Shown here: positions 1 through 9,122 of the stretch, piece by piece
Position numbering within the stretch: the stretch's first letter is position 1
How the letters are laid out: each line of letters begins with the position of its first letter
IMG/VR virus record: IMGVR_UViG_3300027687_002091
Span: 5,068 to 69,067 of that record
DNA length: 64,000 bases
Source of the DNA: a virus
Direction: 5' to 3' (one strand)
Program-made: the position numbers and the translations under genes
Notes under the pieces: generated by a model
The model's database searches: none
What the model saw: only the letters and a program-made list of their open reading frames with translations
What the model was told of the DNA's origin: nothing

Positions 1-171
1 GACGAAAGAAGATGCACTGCTATTCTTGTTGAAGAGGGACATGCTGTAGCATACTTTGGAGGTTCAAAAGACGATGTTGATGCACAACATATGGCAAATA
101 GAACAAGATTGCTTGAAAATGGCACTATGACCCAAGCAGTTTATGACGCCGCAGTTGAAAAAATGAAATAA
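1..171 (+). CDS. 3' end of a probable thermonuclease (SNase)-family protein, partial
   Basis: Frame-1 ORF ending TAA at 169-171; LVEEGHAVAYFGGSK resembles the SNase C-terminal motif. Confidence 0.55.
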   Translation, partial: DERRCTAILVEEGHAVAYFGGSKDDVDAQHMANRTRLLENGTMTQAVYDAAVEKMK

Positions 172-173
172 TT

Positions 174-213
174 TACCAAAATAGGTTGACTTTTAGTTCT
201 AAGAGTGTATAGT
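174..213 (+). promoter_or_regulatory. sigma70-type early promoter with ACCAAAATAGG upstream element
   Basis: TTGACT 186-191, TATAGT 208-213; the same upstream motif precedes the promoter at 576. Confidence 0.7.
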
Positions 214-250
214 GTAGCTATATGTTTAAATTAGATAAACTAGAAACAAT

Positions 251-280
251 AAAAAGGGCTCTTGCGAGCTCTTTTTTCTT
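251..280 (+). terminator. Intrinsic terminator-like hairpin in a leader region
   Basis: GGGCTC-TTGC-GAGCTC followed by TTTTTTCTT. Confidence 0.6.
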
Positions 281-296
281 AACAAAGGAGACCAAT

Positions 297-557
297 ATGG
301 TAACATCAAATACAACTGGATCTAAATACTTTAAAGCTGGATCACAGAATCAACAAATCCTAGCTAACTACTGGGGAACTGGTAAAACTTTCACATTAGA
401 AGGTTTGAAAGAAAAAATGGATATTGCTAGTCCAGGTGCTAGAATTTCTGAAATCAGAGATGCAGGTTTTAACGTAAAAACTAAAACAGCAGAAACTGGT
501 TACCAAGGTAGACCAACTCTTGAGTACACAATCTCAAGAAGAAGAGTAACTGCCTAA
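297..557 (+). CDS. Small winged-HTH DNA-binding protein
   Basis: SD AAGGAG 285-290 favours ATG 297; IASPGARISEIRDAGF HTH-like motif. Confidence 0.6.
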   Translation: MVTSNTTGSKYFKAGSQNQQILANYWGTGKTFTLEGLKEKMDIASPGARISEIRDAGFNVKTKTAETGYQGRPTLEYTISRRRVTA

Positions 558-564
558 TTAAGTT

Positions 565-604
565 ACCAAAATAGGTTGACTTTTGCGCCTTGCCGTGCTA
601 TTAT
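565..604 (+). promoter_or_regulatory. sigma70-type early promoter
   Basis: TTGACT 576-581, 17 bp spacer, TG-C-TATTAT 599-604. Confidence 0.8.
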
Positions 605-638
605 ATATAAACAATAAGGCAACGAATAGGCGCAAAAT

Positions 639-1082
639 ATGACAATGAGTTTAGTACGTGGTATGACTTCGCTCAATACCAAAAAACGCAAGACTTCTAA
701 GATGACTGCCAGTAGGTTAGATAAACTACAAAAAGATCATCGTGAACACAACAAACATATGAAACGTATTCATGCACACACTAATGTCATGACGTTTGAC
801 GAGTACGTAGAATATGTAAGTGGCAACTTCAAACCTAAGACAACAACTAAAGCTAAAGAATGGAAGTACGAACTTCCTATACGTGAGACAAAAGAGTATC
901 CTAGTGTAGGTAATGGAGTTGGTGTTGGCTTAGTAAAAGAAGCACTGAGGTATACAGGAGAACGTAGGCTTGTAGGTATTGCAACTATGCACAAGAGTAA
1001 TATGGTTCCTGTGTTTGCTGACGATGACGATAAAGACGGTTCAAGACAAGCAACAGAGATTGCTCAAATGAGGCGGAACTAA
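639..1082 (+). CDS. Conserved phage hypothetical protein
   Basis: 147-aa ORF after promoter; GIATMHKSNMVPVF motif typical of T4-like phage hypotheticals. Confidence 0.7.
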   Translation: MTMSLVRGMTSLNTKKRKTSKMTASRLDKLQKDHREHNKHMKRIHAHTNVMTFDEYVEYVSGNFKPKTTTKAKEWKYELPIRETKEYPSVGNGVGVGLVKEALRYTGERRLVGIATMHKSNMVPVFADDDDKDGSRQATEIAQMRRN

Positions 1083-1138
1083 AGTGCATACTAAAGTATA
1101 TGCAAATTAACTTTAAATATTAGATGAGGCAAAATATT

Positions 1139-1711
1139 ATGAAATCAACTATTATATGGACATTAGCTGTTATGAGCATTTCGACCGCTTTCGCCCAAAC
1201 ACAAGCAAGTACTTTTATAAAGCCAGTTCAAGGCGAACTGTTTACAGAAGAAAGACAACCAGAATTATACTGTTTAGCACAAAACATTTACTTTGAAGCT
1301 AAGTCGGAACCACTAGCAGGGCAGTATGCAGTGGCTGATGTAGTTCTTAATAGAGTAAATGACATTCGTTATCCTAATACAATATGTGAAGTTGTTCAAG
1401 AAGGACCAATTAAAGAAAGTTGGAAAACAAAACAAGATACTACTCTATCTGACGATGAACGCATTTATTATCCAAGAAAGAATAGGTGTCAATTCAGCTG
1501 GTACTGTGATGGAAAAGCTGACAACGTTAGAGATAGTGATGCTTGGAGAATTGCACAAGAGGTTGCATTTAGAATTGTAGAAGAAAACCGTATGCGAGGT
1601 ATCACTGAAGGTGCCACACATTATCATGCAGACTATGTTAGTCCTAAGTGGGCAAGTAAGATTCAACTAGTCGGTAGCATATCAACACACATTTTTTATC
1701 GCTGGCAATAA
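1139..1711 (+). CDS. SleB/Hydrolase_2 cell-wall hydrolase with signal peptide
   Basis: CLAQNIYFEAKSE, CQFSWYCDG, GATHYHADYVSPKW, HIFY motifs; alternative start 1124. Confidence 0.9.
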   Translation: MKSTIIWTLAVMSISTAFAQTQASTFIKPVQGELFTEERQPELYCLAQNIYFEAKSEPLAGQYAVADVVLNRVNDIRYPNTICEVVQEGPIKESWKTKQDTTLSDDERIYYPRKNRCQFSWYCDGKADNVRDSDAWRIAQEVAFRIVEENRMRGITEGATHYHADYVSPKWASKIQLVGSISTHIFYRWQ

Positions 1712-1725
1712 AAGGAGTACACCCA

Positions 1726-2427
1726 ATGTATGCATTGGTTCCAATGACTCGGGAAGAGATCATTTCAAATCTACTTCCCCAAACTATCACTAACTTAAAA
1801 CAAGAACTACATAGTAGAATCTATCCTTGCAAACGAGACTTAGACAAAGGAAGACCTTTCCAAATTGCAAAAGAAGCATGGGAGTATGCATTAGCAGATG
1901 CTACAGAATGGAACGGTGGCCAGTGGGTAGGACACGGAAACAATCCTGAAGATGTAAGAGTTGGGGACAAGAAGTACGATGTAAAAGGACTAGGTGGCAA
2001 GTGGACTACTACTAGCGGAGAAGCTAGTGTAAAGCAAACTCTAAGTGCCTCAGCACGTATTGACGAGAGCTTCTTAGAAGAAAATAGTAGTATGTTATGG
2101 GACGGTGTTGTTAGTCCTTGGATGCAAAAAGTTAATAACGGTGGCGAATACTTTGTAACAATCTTTTGGCGTAACAAAGAAACACTGTCTATTCGACTAG
2201 TAATGTTTCGACTTGAAAAGAACAACTTTCCTGTGTATAATGCAGAAGGTTGTGAATTTAATAAGAGTAAAACACAAATGCTTATCAACAACATTGTTGA
2301 TCCTGAGCAAGCTAAATTATACATACTCCGTAGCAAGCACCGTATGGAGATGCGAATAAAAGGCAAGTACTTTAATGAACATCCTGATAGGTATTTGGAT
2401 GTCTACGATTTTGGACAAACTGGTTAA
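1726..2427 (+). CDS. Putative PD-(D/E)xK nuclease (restriction-endonuclease-like)
   Basis: AWEYALA...PEDV...YDVKG spacing fits E...PD...DxK. Confidence 0.45.
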   Translation: MYALVPMTREEIISNLLPQTITNLKQELHSRIYPCKRDLDKGRPFQIAKEAWEYALADATEWNGGQWVGHGNNPEDVRVGDKKYDVKGLGGKWTTTSGEASVKQTLSASARIDESFLEENSSMLWDGVVSPWMQKVNNGGEYFVTIFWRNKETLSIRLVMFRLEKNNFPVYNAEGCEFNKSKTQMLINNIVDPEQAKLYILRSKHRMEMRIKGKYFNEHPDRYLDVYDFGQTG

Positions 2428-2466
2428 CCAAAACAGGTTGACCTTTTGTTTAATTGGTGCTATTAT
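2427..2466 (+). promoter_or_regulatory. sigma70-type early promoter
   Basis: ACCAAAACAGG-TTGACC 2438-2443, 17 bp spacer, TATTAT 2461-2466. Confidence 0.8.
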
Positions 2467-2511
2467 ATAAAGACAATGCAAAATAAACTAACTGCACAGA
2501 AAGAGGCGAAA

Positions 2512-3030
2512 ATGAAAGGCATTTTAAAAATAGGCGTAACACTCGGACTTATCGGTATGCTTGGAGCATGTTCCGGTAGGTATGTAGAAATCGCAGAACG
2601 TGATACATATGCACAACCTAAATGGTATGCTAACTGTGTCGAATCAGGTTATGAAGGCTGGTTTTGGTGGAAAGAAGAATATGCATATGCATGTGGAGCA
2701 GGCGAAAGTATTTTCCAACAAGCGGCTGAAGAGCAGATGTATGCGATCGCAATGAATAACTTTGCGAAACGTATTAACAGTGAAGTGAATTCAGAAACTA
2801 AGTTAGAGTTCAATGACAACAATGGTTCAGAGTCTAGAAAGACTAAAACTGTAATCAGTTATGTTGTTAAGAACACAACTATCCGCGAACATATTGCAAA
2901 AGAAACTGGAACATTTAAGTATCAGAACAAGCAATTTACGTTTGTTAAACTTAGAATGAACAAGCAAATCTTTGATGCACTTGTAGCGGAGGCGAAAAAT
3001 GCAAAAGTTATCGCACAAAACAACAATTAG
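2512..3030 (+). CDS. Lipoprotein (LPP20-like)
   Basis: Lipobox LGAC after hydrophobic signal; P-x-W motif. Confidence 0.65.
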   Translation: MKGILKIGVTLGLIGMLGACSGRYVEIAERDTYAQPKWYANCVESGYEGWFWWKEEYAYACGAGESIFQQAAEEQMYAIAMNNFAKRINSEVNSETKLEFNDNNGSESRKTKTVISYVVKNTTIREHIAKETGTFKYQNKQFTFVKLRMNKQIFDALVAEAKNAKVIAQNNN

Positions 3031-3355
3031 ATCTATTGTGATAGTTGGAGCAGTGCTGGCGTTGTCGGCTTGCTCTACTAAACCTATGCCAACTATGGCA
3101 CAGTTTGAACCACAGTATTGCCATACTAAAAGTAAGCATACTTTACAAAATGGTGACACAGCAAGTAGCAGGGTCGATGTAAATTGTACAGATGATCCTA
3201 AAGATAAACATTTTCTAGCATACAGTGGTATGGCTAAAGATTGTAGAGAGCATTATTATGAAATTAATCTTAATGGAAAACGTATTAGGCAACGTGGCTT
3301 CGTTTGTCAAAAACTTAATGGTGCATGGGAAATCGTTAATCATCCTTACAACTAG
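2999..3355 (+). CDS. Lipoprotein, hypothetical
   Basis: Lipobox LSAC; CRE...CQKLNGAWEI C-terminus. Confidence 0.65.
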   Translation: MQKLSHKTTIRSIVIVGAVLALSACSTKPMPTMAQFEPQYCHTKSKHTLQNGDTASSRVDVNCTDDPKDKHFLAYSGMAKDCREHYYEINLNGKRIRQRGFVCQKLNGAWEIVNHPYN

Positions 3356-3758
3356 TATTGGATTGTTATCGGCTTGTTCAGCACAAAACACATTAACACA
3401 TACGAGTGAAAGCTCGTATGCAAGTACTCAATCTAATTACAGACCAGTAGATACTAGTGTAGGTGCTCTAATTAATTATATGTCTTGGAACATAAATCGA
3501 ATGGAGACATACGATCAACAACAGCAAGAACAGGCGGTGTTCTTTGCATTAAACAACTTACAAAACGGAGAAGTTACTCGTTGGTACAACGGTAACACAG
3601 GAGCCAAAGGTGCTGTCAAAGTGTCTATGACTTATCCACAAGGTAGTGGATACTGTCGAGTAATCATGAGCCAGATCTTTTATAACAGTAAAGAAAGAAA
3701 CTTTAAAGAAATCGCTTGTATTAATGCAGTAGATAATTCCTGGCGTTTTATCCGATAA
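3318..3758 (+). CDS. Lipoprotein, 17-kDa surface antigen (RT0821/Lpp0805)-like
   Basis: Lipobox LSAC; ALNN...WYNGNTGAKG...GYCR...AC...WR pattern; start uncertain (ORF open from 3225). Confidence 0.65.
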   Translation: MVHGKSLIILTTSIGLLSACSAQNTLTHTSESSYASTQSNYRPVDTSVGALINYMSWNINRMETYDQQQQEQAVFFALNNLQNGEVTRWYNGNTGAKGAVKVSMTYPQGSGYCRVIMSQIFYNSKERNFKEIACINAVDNSWRFIR

Positions 3759-3786
3759 ATATTATATTGAACAACAGGAATAGTAT

Positions 3787-5733
3787 ATGGCATTAGGAAT
3801 ATTAGTTTTAATTACGGCTTTGAGTATCTCGGCCGTAGCGATCTATTATAGTATCGCAGGTTTAGTCGCAATTTTTGCGGCCGCGGCATTACCAATTATG
3901 ATTATGGGTGGTGTCTTAGAAGTAGGCAAATTAGTTACAGCAGTTTGGCTTCACAAATATTGGAAACAAGCAACTTGGTGGTTAAAGTATTATCTAGCAA
4001 CAGCCGTAGTTGTTCTTATGTTTATTACAAGCATGGGCATCTTTGGCTTCCTTAGTAAAGCACACATCGAACAAACAAGTGCAGGCGAAGAAAGTGTAGC
4101 ACAAGTACAACAGATTGAAAATGAAGTTACTAGACTTAATGCTATTATAAAACGTGCTGACGATAAAGTAAAAGCATTAGAAACTAGCGGCACAGGCTCA
4201 GATGCTAATATACAATCACAAATAGATAAAGAACAAATTCGTATTGACGATGCATACACACGTATTCAACCTGCTATTGATGAGCAGAATGCAATCATTG
4301 CTAACGTAACATCACTATTCCAAACAGAGCTAGACAAGATTGACAAGGAATTACAAATCCTGCAAGGCTATGTAGACAACAACGAAATTAAAAAAGCACA
4401 ACAAATGATTGGTGCAAGTGCCGATGGCGTGTTTGGTAAAAAAACTGCTGAGAAGATTGGTGATTGGAAAAGTGCAAAGCAAGCAGAACGTGCCGAATGG
4501 TTAAACAAGATACAACAGTCTGCTAACTCGCCTACAGTAAAAGCCGCACGTACAGAGATACAACGATTACGTAGCAATGCTGACAAACAAATTGCAGAGT
4601 CTAATAAGTTAATTGATAGATTACGTTTACAACTTGGCAACACTGATCAAGCAGATGAAATAGATGCGGCAGTTGACGTACAACTTGCTAAGATTAAAAC
4701 TGCTGAAACAGAACTAGATACACTTGTAGAAGAAAAGTATAAACTAGAAGGCCAGTATCGTATGCTTGAGGCCGAAGTAGGTCCTATCAAGTATATTGCT
4801 GAATTTGTTTACGGCGAGACAGCAGACAACACAATGCTTGAAGAAGCAGTACGTTGGGTAATACTAATTATTATATTTGTGTTTGATCCATTAGCAGTAC
4901 TACTTCTTATTGCATCACAATATACATTTCAGTTTGCAAGAAAGAATAAAAAAGATAAAGAATGGAAAGACTACGAAAATACACGTGGTAATATGATTGC
5001 GAGGAATGAAGAGCCAAAAAAGTCTGATGCTCCTGAAGAGGAGCCTAAATATGAGGACGTTGATCAAGCAACATTAGACAAAGAGTTTGATGACGAGTTT
5101 GTTGGACTAGAAGATGACGAGCCTAAAGATGAAGAATATGAAAAACGCAAGGAACGATATGAACGAGTAATGGCTCCGCATCGTTCAAAAGATAAAGTTG
5201 ATCAAACTAAAGAATGGCAAGAGCTATACAAAGAAGATGACAAACTTAAACAAGAGTTTAATGACGAGTTTGGCGACATGGAAGAACTTACTAAGGAAGT
5301 CGATAAAGACGGTGATGGTATAGATGATAACACTGGACAACCTATAACAGGTATTGGTGCAGTTAAAGGAACGTTTGCCGGCGCAGGTAAAAAAAAAGAT
5401 ACAGAATCACCGGAAGAATCAAAAGACCTAGAGAGTTGGAATAAATGGGTTGCGGCCGCTGAAGAAGAAGTAACAAAAGAAACAATAGATAAAAGAGTCC
5501 AAGAAGTAGCAAGTCAAGAAAACGATAAAGTATGGAACGATGCAAAGCGTAAATGGAAAGAAGAAAATCCAAACCAAAATGCTAAAGATTGGAAACATGC
5601 TTACATCTCAGGACGTATACACGAACTACCCTGGGCAACACTAGTTAATAATGAACAAGAAGGTTATGTACAAAATGCAGAACAAAGTGAAAGTTCAGTT
5701 TGGAACAAATTACAAGACTCCGACAATAAGTAA
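3787..5733 (+). CDS. Membrane-anchored coiled-coil protein with peptidoglycan-binding-like motif
   Basis: 3 N-terminal TMs, long coiled coil, ADGVFGKKT motif, second TM (IIFVFDPLAV), acidic tail. Confidence 0.7.
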   Translation: MALGILVLITALSISAVAIYYSIAGLVAIFAAAALPIMIMGGVLEVGKLVTAVWLHKYWKQATWWLKYYLATAVVVLMFITSMGIFGFLSKAHIEQTSAGEESVAQVQQIENEVTRLNAIIKRADDKVKALETSGTGSDANIQSQIDKEQIRIDDAYTRIQPAIDEQNAIIANVTSLFQTELDKIDKELQILQGYVDNNEIKKAQQMIGASADGVFGKKTAEKIGDWKSAKQAERAEWLNKIQQSANSPTVKAARTEIQRLRSNADKQIAESNKLIDRLRLQLGNTDQADEIDAAVDVQLAKIKTAETELDTLVEEKYKLEGQYRMLEAEVGPIKYIAEFVYGETADNTMLEEAVRWVILIIIFVFDPLAVLLLIASQYTFQFARKNKKDKEWKDYENTRGNMIARNEEPKKSDAPEEEPKYEDVDQATLDKEFDDEFVGLEDDEPKDEEYEKRKERYERVMAPHRSKDKVDQTKEWQELYKEDDKLKQEFNDEFGDMEELTKEVDKDGDGIDDNTGQPITGIGAVKGTFAGAGKKKDTESPEESKDLESWNKWVAAAEEEVTKETIDKRVQEVASQENDKVWNDAKRKWKEENPNQNAKDWKHAYISGRIHELPWATLVNNEQEGYVQNAEQSESSVWNKLQDSDNK

Positions 5734-5738
5734 TATTA

Positions 5739-6134
5739 ATGTCTAAGCCTGTATTAAATTTAATCACTTCACCTGATAAACTATTCAACGACAATCCTAG
5801 CTTGTTGTTAGTAAACCCTAGTGATTCAGTTAAAGAAAATTTTAATCATTTTGCTCAGAGATTTGAGAATAATGTAAACTTATACTTGCATGAAAATACT
5901 GAAGATGACCTAGGTTGGTTATTAGAAGTATCTCAAGCAGTAGACTATATTGTTTTGGATATAGATAATACTAAGGTTACACCTTGGATTATTGGATATT
6001 TGTTAGGTTTTGGTAAAACTTTTTACTTGACAAGCACCCCCGAAACAGTGTATAATGTAATTAACAATAATAGAATATATGAACTACAACAATTTATGGA
6101 AGGAGTAAACTATTTTGGCGTACAACAACAGTAA
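5739..6134 (+). CDS. Hypothetical protein
   Basis: 131-aa ORF in gene-dense context. Confidence 0.6.
   Translation: MSKPVLNLITSPDKLFNDNPSLLLVNPSDSVKENFNHFAQRFENNVNLYLHENTEDDLGWLLEVSQAVDYIVLDIDNTKVTPWIIGYLLGFGKTFYLTSTPETVYNVINNNRIYELQQFMEGVNYFGVQQQ
6027..6056 (+). promoter_or_regulatory. Intragenic sigma70 promoter upstream of rpsU
   Basis: TTGACA 6027-6032, 18 bp spacer, TATAAT 6051-6056. Confidence 0.65.
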
Positions 6135-6420
6135 TAACAATTATAAAAGAGGTTCGAATAACTTTAAACCAAAACGTAACTTTGACAACAAAGAGCCTAT
6201 GTCAGCTAAAAGGGGTCTTTATGTAGAAGTACGTGGGGGCGATGTTATGAAAGCTCTTAGAATTTTTAAGAAAAAAGTTCAAGAAGAAGGTATTCTACAA
6301 GAATACAAAGAAAGACAACATTACGAAAAGCCTAGTGCTAAACGTAAAAAAGCAAAAGCGGCCGGACGTAAGCGTTGGTTAAAAACTCAAGAAAAGTTAA
6401 TAACAGAGCGACTATATTAA
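6115..6420 (+). CDS. rpsU: 30S ribosomal protein bS21 with N-terminal extension
   Basis: VEVRGGDVMKALRIFKKKV...GILQEYKERQHYEKPSAKRKK. Confidence 0.9.
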   Translation: MAYNNSNNNYKRGSNNFKPKRNFDNKEPMSAKRGLYVEVRGGDVMKALRIFKKKVQEEGILQEYKERQHYEKPSAKRKKAKAAGRKRWLKTQEKLITERLY

Positions 6421-6422
6421 AA

Positions 6423-7010
6423 ATGGCACTTACAGCTGAACAATGGTTCCCTTCGGTTATTTGGTCAGGTATGATGGACGGCGCAGACAATGCCGCCATA
6501 GAAACATTTGCACAAGACCGTAAACAAATAGACGAAGGTGTACAAGTATCAAACTACCTTGGGTGGCAAAGTGGACCTATTAGGCAAGGTGATAACGAAG
6601 AGTTTGATAAGCTAGTTGGCACAATTACAGAACAAGTTAATGGTTGTGCGGCTCAAGCAGATATACCTGAACTCCAAATTCAAAACATTTGGCTTAATGT
6701 AAATGTACCAGGATCATATAATCATTTACACAATCATGCAGGTAGTATACTAAGTGGAGTATATTATGTAAAGGCAACTCCAGAACAAGGCAACATCTTT
6801 TTTGAAAGAGGTGACAATGCTGAGTACTTCCTTCCACCTATGGAGAAGCCTAACTATTTTACAAGTACTGCAACAACGTACAAGTCTATGACAAATGCAC
6901 TTTATATTTTTCCAGGATGGTTAAAACATAGTGTACAACCTAATTTAACTAAAGAAGATAGAATTAGTATTTCGTTTAATTATGGTATTAAAACACAAGA
7001 GGTAAAGTAA
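6423..7010 (+). CDS. 2OG-Fe(II) oxygenase (TIGR02466-like)
   Basis: WLNVN, HNH...LSGVYYV, IFPGWLKHSV, RISISFN. Confidence 0.85.
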   Translation: MALTAEQWFPSVIWSGMMDGADNAAIETFAQDRKQIDEGVQVSNYLGWQSGPIRQGDNEEFDKLVGTITEQVNGCAAQADIPELQIQNIWLNVNVPGSYNHLHNHAGSILSGVYYVKATPEQGNIFFERGDNAEYFLPPMEKPNYFTSTATTYKSMTNALYIFPGWLKHSVQPNLTKEDRISISFNYGIKTQEVK

Positions 7011-8159
7011 ATGCGTATTGAAGAAGATATGAAATTAGATTACAAAGATGTTCTTATTCGTCCTAAACGTAGTACGCTAGGTTCACGTAAGGATGTAGAT
7101 CTAGAACGTGGATTTACCTTCCGTAACTACAAAGGACCACGTCCAATGCATAGACACTATCGTGGCACGCCTATTATGGCAAGTAACATGGATGGTGTTG
7201 GTACATTTGAAATGGCAGATACACTTGCTACAGGAGGTATCTTTACCTGTTTGGTTAAGACTTATAGTATTAAGGAACTTGTAGATTACTTTGACCAAGA
7301 TGACAGATCACATGATCCTGCAAGAACAGAATATGTTGCTATGAGCATTGGTATTACAGATGCCGATCATGAAAAATTCAGAATTGTATATGAACAAGTT
7401 AACGATCGATTAAAATACGTTTGTATTGATGTAGCAAACGGCTACAGTAGTCGCTTTAGAGATACAGTGGCAGAGTTTAGAAAACTTTATCCAAATATTG
7501 TAATCATTGCTGGTAACGTAGTTACTGGTGAAATGACAGAGGAATTAATACTTGCAGGAGCAGACATTGTTAAAGTTGGGATTGGTCCAGGTAGTGTTTG
7601 TACTACTCGTATACAGACTGGCGTTGGTTATCCTCAACTTAGTGCAGTTATTGAGTGTGCGGATGCGGCACATGGACTTGGTGGACATATTATCGCTGAT
7701 GGCGGCTGTACTTGTCCTGGTGATGTCGCTAAGGCTTTCGCTGGTGGAGCCGACTTTGTAATGCTTGGAGGTATGCTTGCAGGACACGATGAAGGCGGTG
7801 GTGATGTTATTACAAAGTATTACGAAACAACCGAACTTGTATACGAAATAGGTAATCACTTAGATAAGCATACAAAGAAAGTTGAAACAAAACAGTTTGT
7901 ACAGTTCTACGGCATGAGTAGTGATGCCGCTAACACAAAGCATTTTGGTGGACTTAAAGACTATCGTTCATCAGAAGGTCGTGAAGTACTTGTTCCTTAC
8001 AGAGGAGAAGTAGCGGCCACAGTGCAGGATTTACTAGGCGGATTGCGTAGTACTTGCACTTATGCAGGCGCATTAAGATTAAAGCATCTTATGCGATGCA
8101 CAACGTTTGTACGCTGTAGCCAGCAATTTAACGGTGTTTATGCGTCAAATGATAAATAA
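7011..8159 (+). CDS. guaC: GMP reductase
   Basis: [49 protein letters not shown]. Confidence 0.95.
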   Translation: MRIEEDMKLDYKDVLIRPKRSTLGSRKDVDLERGFTFRNYKGPRPMHRHYRGTPIMASNMDGVGTFEMADTLATGGIFTCLVKTYSIKELVDYFDQDDRSHDPARTEYVAMSIGITDADHEKFRIVYEQVNDRLKYVCIDVANGYSSRFRDTVAEFRKLYPNIVIIAGNVVTGEMTEELILAGADIVKVGIGPGSVCTTRIQTGVGYPQLSAVIECADAAHGLGGHIIADGGCTCPGDVAKAFAGGADFVMLGGMLAGHDEGGGDVITKYYETTELVYEIGNHLDKHTKKVETKQFVQFYGMSSDAANTKHFGGLKDYRSSEGREVLVPYRGEVAATVQDLLGGLRSTCTYAGALRLKHLMRCTTFVRCSQQFNGVYASNDK

Positions 8160-8162
8160 ATG

Positions 8163-8251
8163 TGTACAAAGAGAAGAGCTCAATGTACATGCAGTGCCCA
8201 TTAGGGACTGTAAAATATATAAATCTTGCTTATCATAAGGAGAAAACAATG
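8163..8251 (+). ncRNA. ROSE-like RNA thermometer in the hsp20 5' UTR
   Basis: TCTTGCTT (8224-8231) pairs with SD AAGGAGA (8237-8243) with a bulged G; upstream hairpin 8191-8211. Confidence 0.7.
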
Positions 8252-8707
8252 ACAAGACTAACAACTCTAGACCTACCACACTTCCACAGAGCTACTATTG
8301 GCTTTGATAGACTATTTAATGAACTCGAAAGAGGATTTGCAAATAGCCCAAATGGAAATGGTTATCCCCCATACAATATCGCACAAGTCAACGAAGACGA
8401 GTATATGATCTCAGTCGCAGTGGCTGGCTTTAGTATGCACAATCTTGATGTTACCAAAGATGGTGATCAATTACAGATTGTAGGGACAGCCCCTAAAGGA
8501 GATGAAGATGTCAACTACCTACACAAAGGTATTGGTGGACGCAACTTCCGCAGGGAGTTTACACTTGCTGACCATGTTAATGTTGCAGGCGCAACACTAG
8601 AACTAGGTATGCTAAATGTTCATCTAGTACGTGAAGTACCGGATGCATTAAAACCTAAGACAATTAAGATCAATGATGGTCTTACAATTGACGGCAAAAA
8701 AAAGTAA
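8249..8707 (+). CDS. ibpA: Small heat shock protein Hsp20/IbpA
   Basis: IGFDRLF, YPPYNI, AVAGF, YLHKGIGGRNFRREFTLADH. Confidence 0.95.
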   Translation: MTRLTTLDLPHFHRATIGFDRLFNELERGFANSPNGNGYPPYNIAQVNEDEYMISVAVAGFSMHNLDVTKDGDQLQIVGTAPKGDEDVNYLHKGIGGRNFRREFTLADHVNVAGATLELGMLNVHLVREVPDALKPKTIKINDGLTIDGKKK

Positions 8708-8759
8708 GTAAACAGTCTAGGGGGAGTGAAATACCTCCCCCGAATTAAGGAAAGATGAT

Positions 8760-9071
8760 ATGAGCGTAGAACTAGAAACAGAAATTAATGTAAAAGAAAA
8801 GATCAAGGAAGTGGTCCAAGATCCAGGCAAGTATAAGGTAATATTTGCCAATGACAACGAAACTCCAATGGATTTTGTTGTAAGTTTACTAGTAGATATC
8901 TTTAGACATTCTGCACAAACTGCACAAGAACTAACTATGGCAATACATGATAAAGGCTCAGCAGTTGTTGGACTGTACACATTTGAAATTGCCGAGCAAA
9001 AAGCAGTAGAATGTACTAAGATTTCAAGGGAACGTGGCTATCCGTTACAGGTAGCAATTGAAAAAGAATAG
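8760..9071 (+). CDS. clpS: Clp protease adaptor ClpS
   Basis: YKVIFANDNETPMDFVV, IHDKGSAVVGLYTFEIAE, YPL. Confidence 0.93.
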   Translation: MSVELETEINVKEKIKEVVQDPGKYKVIFANDNETPMDFVVSLLVDIFRHSAQTAQELTMAIHDKGSAVVGLYTFEIAEQKAVECTKISRERGYPLQVAIEKE

Positions 9072-9079
9072 TATAAATA
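9072..9079 (+). promoter_or_regulatory. T4-type late promoter upstream of hemO-pcyX
   Basis: TATAAATA in intergenic region. Confidence 0.65.
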
Positions 9080-9122
9080 CACTAGTAAATTGAATGATAA
9101 CTATTACACAAGGAGTAATTAA

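Noticed and set aside
222-296. N-terminal extension of ORF 222-557 as the main start
   Set aside because: No SD and it spans a terminator hairpin; strong SD supports ATG 297.
2999-3758. Overlapping lipoproteins as Rz/Rz1 spanins
   Set aside because: Both have lipoboxes, there is no inner-membrane coiled-coil partner, and the promoter is early-type.
8720-8741. GGGGGAG/CTCCCCC hairpin after hsp20 as a terminator
   Set aside because: No U-tract; more likely a stabilising or processing stem.
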